A DNA stretch of 62,986 bases, filler included, from Sphacelaria rigidula (lineage: Eukaryota), in NCBI GenBank assembly GCA_964200075.2. It is 10 parts of 10 records of this genome, joined end to end, with 100 filler letters (N's around TTAATTAATTAA, not from the genome) between each part and the next. Parts side by side here need not be neighbours in the genome. Positions count along the whole stretch, not along the records: positions 50,471 to 56,678 come from CAXNAA020021506.1; positions 56,779 to 62,986 come from CAXNAA020021507.1; 8 more parts are not named here. One strand, given 5' to 3'. This document shows positions 51,333 to 62,986 of this stretch, one piece after another. Each line of letters opens with the position of its first letter. The stretch's first letter is position 1. The position numbers and the translations under genes are program-made. The notes under the pieces are model-generated. The model was not told where the DNA came from and did not search any database. It saw only the letters and a program-made list of their open reading frames with translations.

Positions 51333-51748
51333 CCGTATTTGTACAAATACGAGGATTTCAGCCCGTGTAAACCCGATTTTCTCCCGGGGATTGATTTTTC
51401 GGACTCCAGTCCGTTAGGCAATGTTTTTCGCCTAGCTCTGAGGAAACCACATGAATTCCAATAATTCTCCGATTCTCTGGACGCTGACTTTTGGTTCATC
51501 ACCTTTCTGCTCAGATCGAGACTCTCGCATCTCCGCCCCAGATTCGGGGGAGATGCGGGAGTCTCCCGATTTGAGTAGAAAGGTGATGGACAAAAAGCCA
51601 GCGTCCAGAGAATCGGAAAATTGATGTGGTTTCCTTAGAGCTATTATAGGCGAAAAACATTGCCCAACGGACTGGGGTCCAAAAAATCAATCCACGGGAG
51701 AAAATCGGATTTACACGGGCTGAAATCCTCATATTTGTACAAATACGG
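51333..51748. mobile_element. Near-perfect palindromic MITE
   Basis: CCGTATTTGTACAAATA...TATTTGTACAAATACGG. Arms of ~200 bp pair almost to the centre (~51540). Confidence 0.85.
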
Positions 51749-52689
51749 CTGACTGTTGGACTTTGTGAGTGCGGATCAACCTATGCTGTTTTTATATGCT
51801 TCCTATACTCGTAACTACTGACTGCCTTCTGCGGTCTGTTGTGCGTACTGTTGTTGTTGTTGTGGTGGTGGTGGTGGTGGTGGTGGTGGTGGTGATGGTG
51901 GTGGTGTTTCGACGATCTTACTACCCCGGTCCCAGGTACTATTGGAATGCCGCTGGTCGCGGACTATGTACGAATCCAAGGATATACATGCATGCACGGC
52001 ACATCTTTTAGCGTTGGTGGTAGTGTAGTTGATACGAATATGTATCTGCGCTTGTGATATGCGTTGCCCTGGCGTTGCAAACCTTAGTAGCAGAGCACAT
52101 GCTATGCAGGCGTTGTCTCTGTTATAGGGCAAAATCAACTATAAACGAAACAGCGGTTTAAAAAAAACGGCGCAACGGTTGAATAAGAATACAACGGGAA
52201 GAGCTGGCCAATCAAAACTTGTCAAACGAAGAGGAACGAAAAGTCACCACCCTCCTGCTGTTTCGGCCAGAAGCTAGACAAGAAGGGAGGAGAGGGCGGG
52301 AAGCCAAGGGTTTTACAGAGGGAGAGTGAAAGCTACGCACTTGAGGTATCCATCACAAGGTGCTCCTGATTGAACCACTTCGTGAATCAGAAGACGCCGA
52401 CACCGTGCCTGTTGGGTCGTGATAGTGTCAGCGTGCACCTGTGAGAGGAAGCGTGCAGCATACCTTAATTTGGTGACCGAAGCTCAGAGTTGTGCGGATA
52501 CCACTCATGACACAAGATGAGGACCCCCCTATGGGCATAACGGAAGTTGCGGATGATGCCCAGGCCAGAGCGGAGCGCTGGAACTTCAAAGGTAAGGATG
52601 GGGATTGTTTATTTTGCTCACCTTGGCTGCCCGGTTGCTGTAACATCAGTCGGAGACTACCATGTTGTCTGTACCGAGTGTAGGACTGG

Positions 52690-53350
52690 CCGCCGGTGGT
52701 GTCTGTAATACACCATTGTTTCTACGCACTGACTGAGTGGGCCAGGTGGGCCAGGTCTTTCTGATGAAACAACGCAAGCCTACCCGTTTTTCGGCGATCA
52801 GAGTTCGGACATACATTACCGCCACCTGCGTTCGGATTGGTGGGTACATCGCCACGTAACTGTTGTGAGCGACAGTTTTGTACAAGGCATGTTGCCATGA
52901 TGATACTGCCAGAGAGGCATGCACGAGTGGAGTGTTGCAAGCTCTATAAATGATGTCGTGGGAAACAACCAACTACAGACAGTACAACAACAGTACAGTG
53001 ATGAAGTTGACCTGTGGACAAAGATGCAAAATAGAGTGCGAAGTGTCTCTTGGGTTTGGATCCCAGCCAAATTCATCACCACATCCAACCCCGCTGCGGC
53101 CCACCGCCTTTTTTCCAGCGCCATCATATCAAGTTATGGGCACTCTCCACCGGAGTACTGTAGCTTGCGTGAACAATGCACAAGCTGCAATCCTGGTGCA
53201 GTTCACACCCGATGTACACGATGCCAAAATTATTTGCATATTTTGTGCCTGCGACATAACTCGCACTTGGGCCCCTTGGTTCCGCACCCGATGAATATTC
53301 CCTGGAATCTTTTGGGCAAATGAACCAACAGCTCGGCAACTCATACATTC
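52690..53350 (-). pseudogene. Possible Mutator/FAR1-type transposase remnant
   Basis: Frameshifted pieces SYVAGTKYANNFG / SGVNCTRIAACALF / LFCIFVH resemble the MULE DDE pattern (DxTY.TN...GVN...CAL...CxxH). A GGGCAAAAT terminus-like sequence lies at 52127. Confidence 0.35.
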
Positions 53351-55574
53351 GAGGGTGAGTTTGCGCATTGTAAATAGATCAAGCCCTCAATCCAGCATCG
53401 TATCCAGAGTGTGTACGTTGGGATTGCATGATATGGCACACCAGCCCACGTGCCAGGTCTAGTGACGACAGCCGTGAAGCATACAGGCGCAGTTGTCTAA
53501 TCCTGTACGACCAGGTTCAGTAAAACTCAGGCCTCGCGAGTGTGATATTTTTGTTCAGTTTGAAGTCTGGGCTTCTCTTTTATGCCTGTGCCACTGATCA
53601 AGGCATGTGTCGTACGGTCGTAGTCCTGCGTTTTTTTCACTACATCTTGTCCTGGACCAACGCTCGCCAACCACGGCCGAAGAGGCTCGTTTCATCAAGT
53701 CCGGGTACCGTAGCTGCACGACAGCACGGCTGCGTTATCGTCGTTCAGTGTAGGCAAAATGCATCATGATGATTTTTCACGTTAATGTCCTGGTGGAGAT
53801 TTGCAGAGTGTGGTCGCTGAGGCCGGTGTATCGGGATTTCTGTGTATTGAAATTCTCATGATGTAAATTGTGCAACGGTCGGATCTTTTGACGACAGCTA
53901 GAAACACCAGTATCATTGTGCAGTTGTACCGCTCTCAACACATCCCACTTCTAGGGTACGGTCTTACTAACTGCACCGTACTGTTGGAGAATTAGATGTT
54001 GAAAAGATTACACGCGCTTGGTGCGAGCAAGCGGGGGGTACAACAAAGGCATAAGTGTCGTTCACAGCCGTTTTTTTCTCGAGGGCCGTCCATCACTGCG
54101 TGCTGTATGCGCGTAAAGTACATATACAACAGTGGAGGATCATTCGAAATTTCGCTCCCGAACTGTAATGGTTGAAATGGCGTTGCTTTTTCAACCCCTC
54201 AAGGCTTCCTCAAACCTGGACCCCGTTCAAACCGAGAACCCTTGGGCAAGCCATGTCAAACAAGAACAGTTGGAGAACGAATCGTAGTGATGGATTGGGT
54301 CGCTCTCCAAGCTCCAGGACGTCCCTTCCAGGTCAACAATCCTGAAGAGGTAACAAGAGTATCATGACAGCTACGTAGGTACGGCCCGGCCCTATCCAGG
54401 TCCTGTAGGAAGGCTGCGAAGCCCTCAGCTCCAATGACATGCAATACCTCTCTTGATCTCCCCACGGATTGACGTGGCAGTCATACCGCGAGAATGGCCA
54501 CATCTAGAGACACCGTAACGGCTATACCACACCCGTGCTTGAGTGCTCTGCTAGCAGGGTGTTTCGACAGTCTACGGCTACCGTTTGTTTTCAAATTGTG
54601 ACCTCCCCACCTCAAATTCGCAGCTTCTCCCGCGGCAGCGAAATTCAGCTTTCCCGAAAGTGACCATCCCACCATTTTTTCCCATCGTCATTTTGAGTGC
54701 GTAAGTGCAGTAGTGAGGTCATGCCTTGGGATTCGTTGGTGGCTCATCATGCGTTTTTCGCCGTGTCTAGTCCATCCCACGCAGTGTGGTGAGGGTTTGA
54801 TTTGGCAGCAGATGCGTGGGGTGGATTTGATATCGATTCGTAAACAGTATCCCGCGGCAGTGCCCTAGTCGGAACCTGCCCCTCCCCCAGGGTTCCTCGC
54901 AGTGTTGTAGAAAAGAGGACGAGAATATGCAGCATGAGCGCAAATAGCAGAACACTTCAACACTTGAAAAGGATACCAAGGGTATGTTGGGTGGGGTATT
55001 TTCAGCATTTCGGTCGACTGATTGCTTGGATTTTTTATCGATCGGTCGAATTAGTGTATTGATTGTCGCACTCTTTAACTGATACCCAGAGATACCCAGA
55101 TACCCCAGAGATCCAGCCGTGGTTAGACCGTGTCTTCACGACAAAAGAATGGTGAGAACGAGCTAGGCTTCTGCTTTTCATGCGTTTTTTTTTTCCAAAA
55201 TAACACGCGTCGTGTTCAAAAGAAGGTCATGTTGAAGCGGAAACCCCACCGAGGCGTTACAATTACTTGATTTTACTGCACAAGACCGGAAAACAAGAAC
55301 GCATAAGTTATGCGAGTTATGCAGTATAAAAAGCGAAGGCCTAGAACGCGCCGTGAGAGTGATCCTGGTGGTACTGGTGGAGGGGAAGGGTTCCTCTGTC
55401 CTTCCAATTAGTTGCCCATCAGTTCTCAACCAATCGGAAGGACAAAAGAACAAAAAAACGCCGGAATCACTGTCACTCTCTCACTGCATGTTCTCACTTC
55501 TCGTGTCTCGTCAAAACTCGCCCTTCATACATGATGGACGCACCCGAGACAGGAACAAAACTAAACCACTCAGA

Positions 55575-55746
55575 GGGTTCGAATCTCGGAACGATCTGGG
55601 ATTTTTTTTACACAACGCCCAACAGCAGAGCGCAGACTGTCGGCAAGAGAAGGGGACTGCTGAACCCCTCTCGCGATAAAAATAAAGGCAAGCACCGCGG
55701 AAGGAAGGTGGAGTACTAAACACACACACACAGACACACACACACA
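55575..55746 (+). mobile_element. SINE: B box, body, family C 3' part and (CA)n tail
   Basis: GGTTCGAATCTCGG is followed by sequence matching both 34140-34210 and the reverse complement of 34480-34560. Confidence 0.65.
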
Positions 55747-56379
55747 TAGAGATCGTATTTCACTTTACCCGATATTTGGGTAGAGGTTGGAGGTCGGAAA
55801 ATCGCAAGACAAGAAAATTAGAGTAAATACCCGAGTAATTATCCTTCCCAAGACACCTTCGAAAGATACACCTGGCTGTTCGTCAAAATGTCTGACCTTG
55901 AGCTTGTTGTACGAACGCTGGTTTTTCAACTTTCAGTATCATCCAGGTATTCTCGCCCTTTCGTAGTTCATCTCGACTGTCAAAGTGTTTTCAGTATGTA
56001 ATTATGTACGCTACCGCACCACCCATTATGGTTCTTCATCGTGTGCAGACAACTGATTGTAAAGGAAGAAAACGACAGATGTGCCATGATCGCGAGAGTA
56101 CCGGATGAGAACCAGGTCTCTTCACGGGAAGGCTCAACGAGACTTTTCTGCTTTTTTCTTGACAGAAGGAGGGAGCCTAACCGAACACTTGCGGAGTTCG
56201 TGTGTCGATTAGCCCAGACTCGGCTAGACTACCTCGCGGCAGTCATATGAGGAAGGCGCCACAAGCATTCGCAAGCTTTGCTCAAGGCAGTGTGGAGGAT
56301 GCTCCCACCAAAATTCCCGATCAACTTGGCGCAGTGCGCGCGCCGCTATACTCTTGAGAGCTTCGGCCCAGACTTGAAG

Positions 56380-56471
56380 AGACGGGACGGGACGGCCCGT
56401 CCCGTCCCATCCCGCTCTTACGGGAATCATAGTACACATCCCGTGAAATCTCGTCCCGTCGTCACAGCATA
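56380..56471 (-). repeat. hAT-like end with CGGGA/TCCCG subterminal repeats
   Basis: Clustered GGGAC/GTCCC motifs. The terminus reads TATGCTGTGA on the minus strand (compare TAGGGCTGTGA). Confidence 0.45.
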
Positions 56472-56778
56472 GTGCGTATCAACACCCCAGATCAATATCT
56501 CTTTTGGAGACCGGAATATCCGCAAGCACTTCGGGATGGATTCGTCGGCGTACGAATAAAGCACGGTTAGGACAATCATCACGACTGAAAATCACCACAT
56601 TCACGATTTCTTCGGCCTGATTGCCCAAAAGGGAGACAAAAGTTGATCGCTGGTCCAAGGGATATCCACGCAACTTTTNNNNNNNNNNNNNNNNNNNNNN
56701 NNNNNNNNNNNNNNNNNNNNNNTTAATTAATTAANNNNNNNNNNNNNNNNNNNNNNNNNNNNNNNNNNNNNNNNNNNN

Positions 56779-57998
56779 AAAGCACTGTTTTAGACTTGAA
56801 CCTCATCTCGGAGTTAGACCTCAATTTGCACAATTTGTTGTTAAAGGGCTTTCGCCCGGGGACATCTGTAGGCATGATTTTCCCTGCTCAAGACGCGCCT
56901 TCTCAGTGGTGGGCGAAATGGTATAGTACTGAACAAAATAATCCCAAGACTCACTAGGCGAACCAAGCATCGTGAAGTTTTCTACCATTACGGGAGCTGT
57001 GAGTTTTTCGAGGAGTATATCGTGGGCCCGCTGAGCTTTCTCCACTGCCCTGAACCCATGCTGCGCTACCGATTCTTCTTCTGATCCAGAAATACTCGAA
57101 TGGGGTCCTGAACAAACAGAGCATCATAACATATCTCGGCACGAAAATATCCGATCATCTGCACTTGAAACACACGAAACTTGGACTCCAAAATTTCCCC
57201 TGGTTTTACTGAACCGTCCCATGGGTGAATACTCGTATTATTGTTGTCTACTCTTACAAAGTTCGGTGAGGCACGTTGTCTTCCCGTGAAGTTATCGCTT
57301 CGAACTCTTGATAAAAACGTGGGTTGCTCTCCTGATCGCGGTGTGCTGTACGCACCGTGGGATTACCTTGTGCACCTGCGCCCAAATGCATACTCCTATA
57401 TACTTCGTACTCTGCAATTGCATCGCGTTTCAACACGGGATCTTACAAATTGGGGATGAGTCTTTCATTGGGGATGAGAAACCCGGAGAAATAAAATCTT
57501 CATATCCACACCAAATCTTCGAAATATGGGTCCATTTTTTCACCTACTGATAGCCATTGACAACTGCTACACGCCACAGAAATTTGGATTTCAATCACCG
57601 AAATGGTGGGGTCCTAGATGAAAAACCAACTTTGGGGAATTTCTGGTGTCCGTACGGACGCCAAAATGGTCCCGAAATTAGTTTTCCACGTAGGATCCCA
57701 ACATTTCGGTGATCGAAATCAAAATTTGTTCGGCATGCAGCAGTCATCAATAGCTATCAGTAGGTGAAGAAATGAAACCATATTTCGAAGATTTGGTGTG
57801 GATACGAAGATTTTAATTTTCCGGGTTTCTCATCCCCAACAAAAGATCCATCCCCAATTGGTAAGATCCCGTGTTTTTTGCGGCGTCGATCAGCTCTGCC
57901 TGATTTTCTTCCATGATACGTAGTTTTTCAGTCTGCTCTACCTCCATACGCCGGAGCGTTTCCGTTAACTCTTCAGTACTGTACTTCATGTTAGCCAT
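56779..57998 (-). pseudogene. Ty1/copia-like gag remnant interrupted by a MITE
   Basis: SPSESWDYFVQYY...EKARLEQ...LQMSPGESP fits the copia gag pattern (W..L...Y...L.M..GES). The N-terminus is MANMKYSTEEL at 57998. Confidence 0.6.
57434..57873. mobile_element. Palindromic MITE, TIR CACGGGATCTTAC
   Basis: 440-bp element whose halves are inverted up to the centre GTCCGTACGGAC. Confidence 0.9.
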
Positions 57999-58089
57999 GG
58001 ATCGACTTTTATTATACTGTTACTTGTTGTTGAATTGTTTGTCTCAAACTCTTCTTGACCTCTCACTTGTTGACTCCCTTCCTCGTTGA

Positions 58090-58397
58090 CTCAAGCGCTC
58101 TCAAATGCTGCTTTATTGCTCAAACTGTAACAAACGCTAACTGCGTAACTCTTTTTGAAGGCTCAAGCGCCATCAAGTGCTGCTGTATTTTGCCTCTGAC
58201 TGTAACAAACGCTAACTGCGGGAGCCTCTTTGAAGGCTCAAGCGCTATCAAGTAAGTGCTGCTGAATTTTGCCTCTGGCTGTAACAAACGCTAACTGCGT
58301 GAGTCTCTTTGAAGGCTCAAGCACTATCTAGTACTGCTGTATCTTGCCTCGAGCTAGCTCAAGCGCTATCAAGTGATGCTGAATATTGCTCAAACTC
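58090..58397. repeat. Tandem repeat of ~72-79 bp (about 3.5 units) upstream of gag
   Basis: CTGTAACAAACGCTAACTGCG...TTTGAAGGCTCAAGC occurs three times. Confidence 0.9.
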
Positions 58398-59297
58398 GCT
58401 TCTTACTTCCCTGCTTTTCTGGCTGCGGTCCACCCGTTTCAAAACCCGCTAGCGTATTTGATAAAGGGACTGTCTCGTAGCGGACGCGCTCTGGACAGGG
58501 GAACGTGTATACCTTCTTCTTGTATTAAACTCTTATAACCTTCACTCACCAAACGTCAATCGTGCAAGCTCCACCCGAGCTGCTTCCTCCAACCCAAACG
58601 CAAACACCGAAATGCACCCTAAAACACACCTGATCATGGTAGGCAGGACCACGCATGCATGCCCTGCTCCTTCATATGACATACATCCGGTCTTAACACA
58701 ATCCATTCGCGTACCCATGATATGTCATCAACCTGCACTGCATGTACTCGAATTAATCCACGTACACATGTACTAGTGTTCAGCTCGGTGATATTCAAGT
58801 ACTGAAATGGAGGGAAGAACTATTACATGGGACATCAAGGCAGACAGCTCCTGTCATCAAACACTTAGGATAGAGCAGCTCTGTCGTGATCGAATCTCAG
58901 GGTGGCGTATGAAGCTCGTGGGACATAGGCTGGGGGTGGTGTAACACCAGCAGCCAGCATAACCGTTACTGCAGCAGACAATTGTGTTGCACCGGAGACT
59001 CACCAAAGAGTTCGGGTCGAACAGCACTGCATGAATCATGCAAAACACAGGTTCACGTTCACGTGCCGAAGAGGCGCTCTTGACTTGCTTGCAAGCGAGA
59101 TGTCTCCAAGTGGTGGCTGATAGCTTTGCCATTAGGCTTAGCTACTGATTAGCTACAACTGAAGTTGCTGGGTGATGGAAGTTGTGAGAGCGAGGGGCTC
59201 CGGTGAAGGACGCCCAATTGGAATACAACACCAACATGCGAATGGAATAAGACCTACTGCACTTGCCACACGTACTGCAAAACGCCTACTACACATA

Positions 59298-61902
59298 CGC
59301 ACGTGGACAGATAGCACCCTGTGGAGCGGGTCTACAGGGTTTACGTACCCCGCGCAGTGTTTCTGGCGGGAAATTTACTGTACAGTGTTTTGCAGCGTAG
59401 CACAGGGTGCTCCACAGGGTTTCTCTACAGTGGTCATGAATATTGTGCATCACAGGGTTCCGTCGCCCCGTGAAGATTTCATCGCTGCTGGGAATGCTGT
59501 GCAGTGTGTTTACGCACAAACACTACTCTTCACATGCAGCTGCGGGCGCAAGGTACTGGCGAAAAAAAGAACTGATTAGGTTGGACGGGGAATCGATCCC
59601 TGACCTTCATCGTTGTGTAATCACTGTCTTACACAGAGCTACGCGTGGTAGTCGTTAAGGATTGGACAATTTCTTCGTACTTCTGAATTTTGGGGCCCTC
59701 GAAGGTCCGTGTCAATAACACTGAAATCTCCCGGATTGTTTTTAGAGGCACAAGTGTATTTGAAATCTGAAATTTGGACAGCCACTGCTGTTCGAAATAA
59801 ATCCTAATTCCAAACTTGGAATATAGGGGGAAAAGGATTCATTTCGAAGAGCTTCAGCTGTACAGATAATCCCATATACACTGTATATAGCAGATGGAAT
59901 TTGCACACCACCAAGAACGCCTGAAATTGGGTGGAGAAAGAACTTGCTCGCGAGCAGCTTCAGCTGTTCAAGTCCTACATTCTGCACGCAAGCTTTTGTT
60001 GCAGCTGGTGTCATGATAACAGATCGCAATTGACCTCGCTGATAGATGCATACACCTGATGAAAACCCCGTAGTCCCGCGTCGACGAAACTAAAACAATA
60101 TACAGGGGATAATGAAACATCGATCTTATCGCATACTGCGTAATCGGGATATGTATTCATAACGATAAACTATACTGGACTGTACAATACCATTGCATGT
60201 GGGACAGTGAGCTATACCGCCGTGCTTATACTTGCGGCGCCATGTACTGCAGATGGCTGGCTATAAACACAATGTAGATGCCTGCAGCCTATTTTGATAT
60301 ATGGGGCGGGTGTTATATACCGTCACGAACTCCAGTTATTCACGCCCGTTCCACATCATATTTGTGCGCACAGCTGCTGCAGCACAGTAAGTAGGGCGTG
60401 AAAGGGAAGGGGGAAAGTATGCAGTACAGACAGCGCAGGACAATATATATATATATGTGTATGTTCTCTACCTACAGTGCGACGTGAAAAGGACTTGAAC
60501 AACGTGCAGCATATCGTACGCGCGGCCTGTATGCTGCACTACAGTATGTTTTATCGCGGTGCGTCCGCGATCTGCAGCATGCATATGATGGTGAGTGTGT
60601 ATATGCATAACATAGGCGGCCGGTTGATTATTGCTCCTCGCACCCGCGCCTGTATACGCACCCCGCGTATGTCGTCGCCGCGTGATGTCGCGACCATGAA
60701 ATAAGTAGGTGCTCAAGTTTCCACCAACGAGAAATACATCATATCCACCCGCACGGCAGTGTGTATGTGTCTATATTCCTGTGCCCAACCCGTGCTCTTT
60801 GCTGCGGGGTTGTGGTGGTATAGCCGGGCGGAATAATAACACTGTTGTGCGGGCGGGTGCGTTTATTGATGTTCGATTTGTGTGCGGTGATAAATATACG
60901 GAGTATTGGTCCACATGTACTATTCATATACGATTGATTAAGTGAAATTTTCTAAACATGGTTCGTGTTGGTAGAGGACGGAAGGCGTTTTTTTTTAATG
61001 TAAATAGATTGACGAGGTATACCCGATCATCTGGCATCTTCCCACCTTCCCAGGGGCTTCAGACGAAGCACAGGTGTAGACATACACACGTACCAACGTG
61101 TGGGATCTCTATTCAGCGAAAGCGGTTGAGAGCTATCCATCCTTTAGCGCATGTACACATGGACTGGGGGGCAAAAGGATGAAAACCTTTCAGCAACTTT
61201 TTCTGCGTGTCGGATCCCATGCGCTGGTAACGATGCAGTATGCGGGATTTAAGCAGCTGAAGCTGCTCGCCATAAATCTCTTTTCCCCCAATCTCTGGAT
61301 GAATTCGAGGGAAAAGTAGATATTTATTTCGAGCTTCTTCTACCGGTCAAATTCCGAACCTGCCAGTGTGCATGGGATTTGCGCAGCAGAAGTAGCTGTT
61401 CGAAATAGATCCTTTTTCCGCTCATCTCAAAAATGGGCGAAAAAAGGATCGATCTTGAACAGATTCTTCTGCTGTTCTAAATAAATCCTTTTTTTTGCCG
61501 GAATTAATTGGGCGAGAAAAGGATCTGTTTTGAAGAGCTTGTCCTGCTGTCCAAAATAAATTCCTTTTCGCTCGATTCAAATAGGGTGAAGAGAAATTCT
61601 CCTCGGACAGGAGGACAAGCTATTGAAGATATATTAATTTACAGATTTTGTACCAAAATCTTTGGAATTTTCGAAAGATAAACTTGAGGTTTTTCCACCA
61701 AATCACTACCACATGACTGTGCAGGGCTTTGCTGACGTGCCTACACAGGGCTGCAAATTCAACCCTGGGGAAAACCCTATCAAAACGCTACGAGGGGTAC
61801 AGATTTTGCATATCACTGTCAGGGTTTTTTCACAAAGACTGTGGAGGACCCTGTACGGACCCTGCACAGTGCGCCCCACAGGGTGCTATCTGTCCACGTG
61901 TG
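59298..61902. mobile_element. TIR element CACACGTGGACA.ATAGCACCCTGT, copy 2, TA-flanked
   Basis: TA|CGCACGTGGACAGATAGCACCCTGTGG ... CCACAGGGTGCTATCTGTCCACGTGTG|TA. A second, inner inverted pair lies at ~59780-59990 and ~61230-61480. Confidence 0.85.
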
Positions 61903-62292
61903 TACAGTCGATATCCGCCGTAACATCCCCCTCCCTTGCTTTGTGCACGCTGCTAACGGAAGGTGAGGAAAGTCACAGCTTAATATACTCCTGGGGAATT
62001 CCTTCTACTGTGTATACCATCAGCCTAAGATCACGTTAACGACGACAAAACCGCAGAATTTCGGGGCTAAGGCTAACCGCGGGAAAAACTCGTCATGAAA
62101 TTGGAAGGATGGGCAAGACCTGGTTTTCAAGGAAAAGCCTCATCGCTTGGGGAAAAATCTCTTACGCCCTTTCGGATCATAGTGAGTGCTTTCGCATGCG
62201 CTATGTCGTCCCGGGAGCTCAGTTACACTGGGAACAGAAACCACGGAGAATAGCCGGTGAGTATGTTCCGATGGTAACGGCGCTTAGACACC

Positions 62293-62986
62293 CTTGATTG
62301 ATTTACAATCCCGGGTAGCGTAGGACTCGCAAAAAGAGCTGACCCACTGAAAAAAAAACAAGAAAGCGCTCACTGGTTGATTGGAGTGCGTAGGCTTTTC
62401 TCTCACCTACCAGCAGCAACTGACCTACTGGACACCTGGGGACTCCTATATATTAGATCAGCAGTTCTGTCATGGTACAGTGTCCAAGCAGGTACTCGGT
62501 GCCCACCCTTTTTGTACAATGCTTAGTCCACGATATGAATTGCTCTACTCGAAAGGGGTGGGGCACCCTAAAATTGGATCAACGTTCTCCGAGGACGAAG
62601 AAACGTGATGACCGAACAGGGTACATGAAACAAAGGGTAGGATCAGGTCTGACAAAACCAAGAAATAAATAATCTCCATGGAATGCAAGACCGGGATAAT
62701 AAAAACAAAGAGCGGAGCAAGATCAAGTCCGCGAAAAGTTGGAGAGGAAAAGAGAAACCGAAAAATAGTGCTGGGGGAACGAACCAGGCCGACAACAAAG
62801 AAGGGGAGACAGGAAACTTAAACATGAAGGGAAACTAGGAAGGACATACCACGTCCCTAGTACGAAAAAAACAATTCATGAAACATGAAAACAGTTAAAA
62901 ATAATAAAAGAAATGAAAAGGACTGATATGGGAGATATCTTTTTGCAGTGACATATCAGAGACTGATATCACACATGTATACCGAC
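62293..62986 (-). mobile_element. Probable LINE 3' UTR with a short (CAAT)n tail
   Basis: T-rich on the minus strand, ending AAATCAATCAA. Shares AGGACTCGCAAAAA with ~5266. Confidence 0.45.

Noticed and set aside
60055..60095. Hammerhead ribozyme core (CTGATGA...GAAAC)
   Set aside because: No stem II between the core motifs and no flanking stems. The other CTGANGA sites I checked also fail.

Overview
This is not one locus. It is ten unrelated contigs of 6208-6209 bp, joined by artificial 100-bp linkers (N44-TTAATTAATTAA-N44), as in a length-sorted 'unplaced' pseudo-scaffold. The DNA is eukaryotic and repeat-rich. The repeat families and exon style resemble what I recall from brown algae (Phaeophyceae); I could not verify this. 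Most of the window is transposon debris: palindromic MITEs; piggyBac-, hAT-, Mutator- and mariner-like non-autonomous elements; hAT and probable MULE transposase pseudogenes; copia gag and gypsy pol remnants; RTE-type LINE 3' ends; and tRNA-derived SINEs. Contigs 2, 3 and 6 also carry a few likely exons of unidentifiable low-complexity proteins. I found no intact gene of known function, no rRNA and no CRISPR. The most interesting signals are (1) a tandem array of two-hairpin modules with covarying stems in a probable LINE 3' UTR (5290-6070); (2) a 3'-terminal motif shared by several retroposon families; (3) a ~4 kb two-copy element with a decayed gag-like ORF and no pol; and (4) a nested insertion whose empty site is visible on another contig. 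All family assignments come from motif recognition by eye, not from searches.
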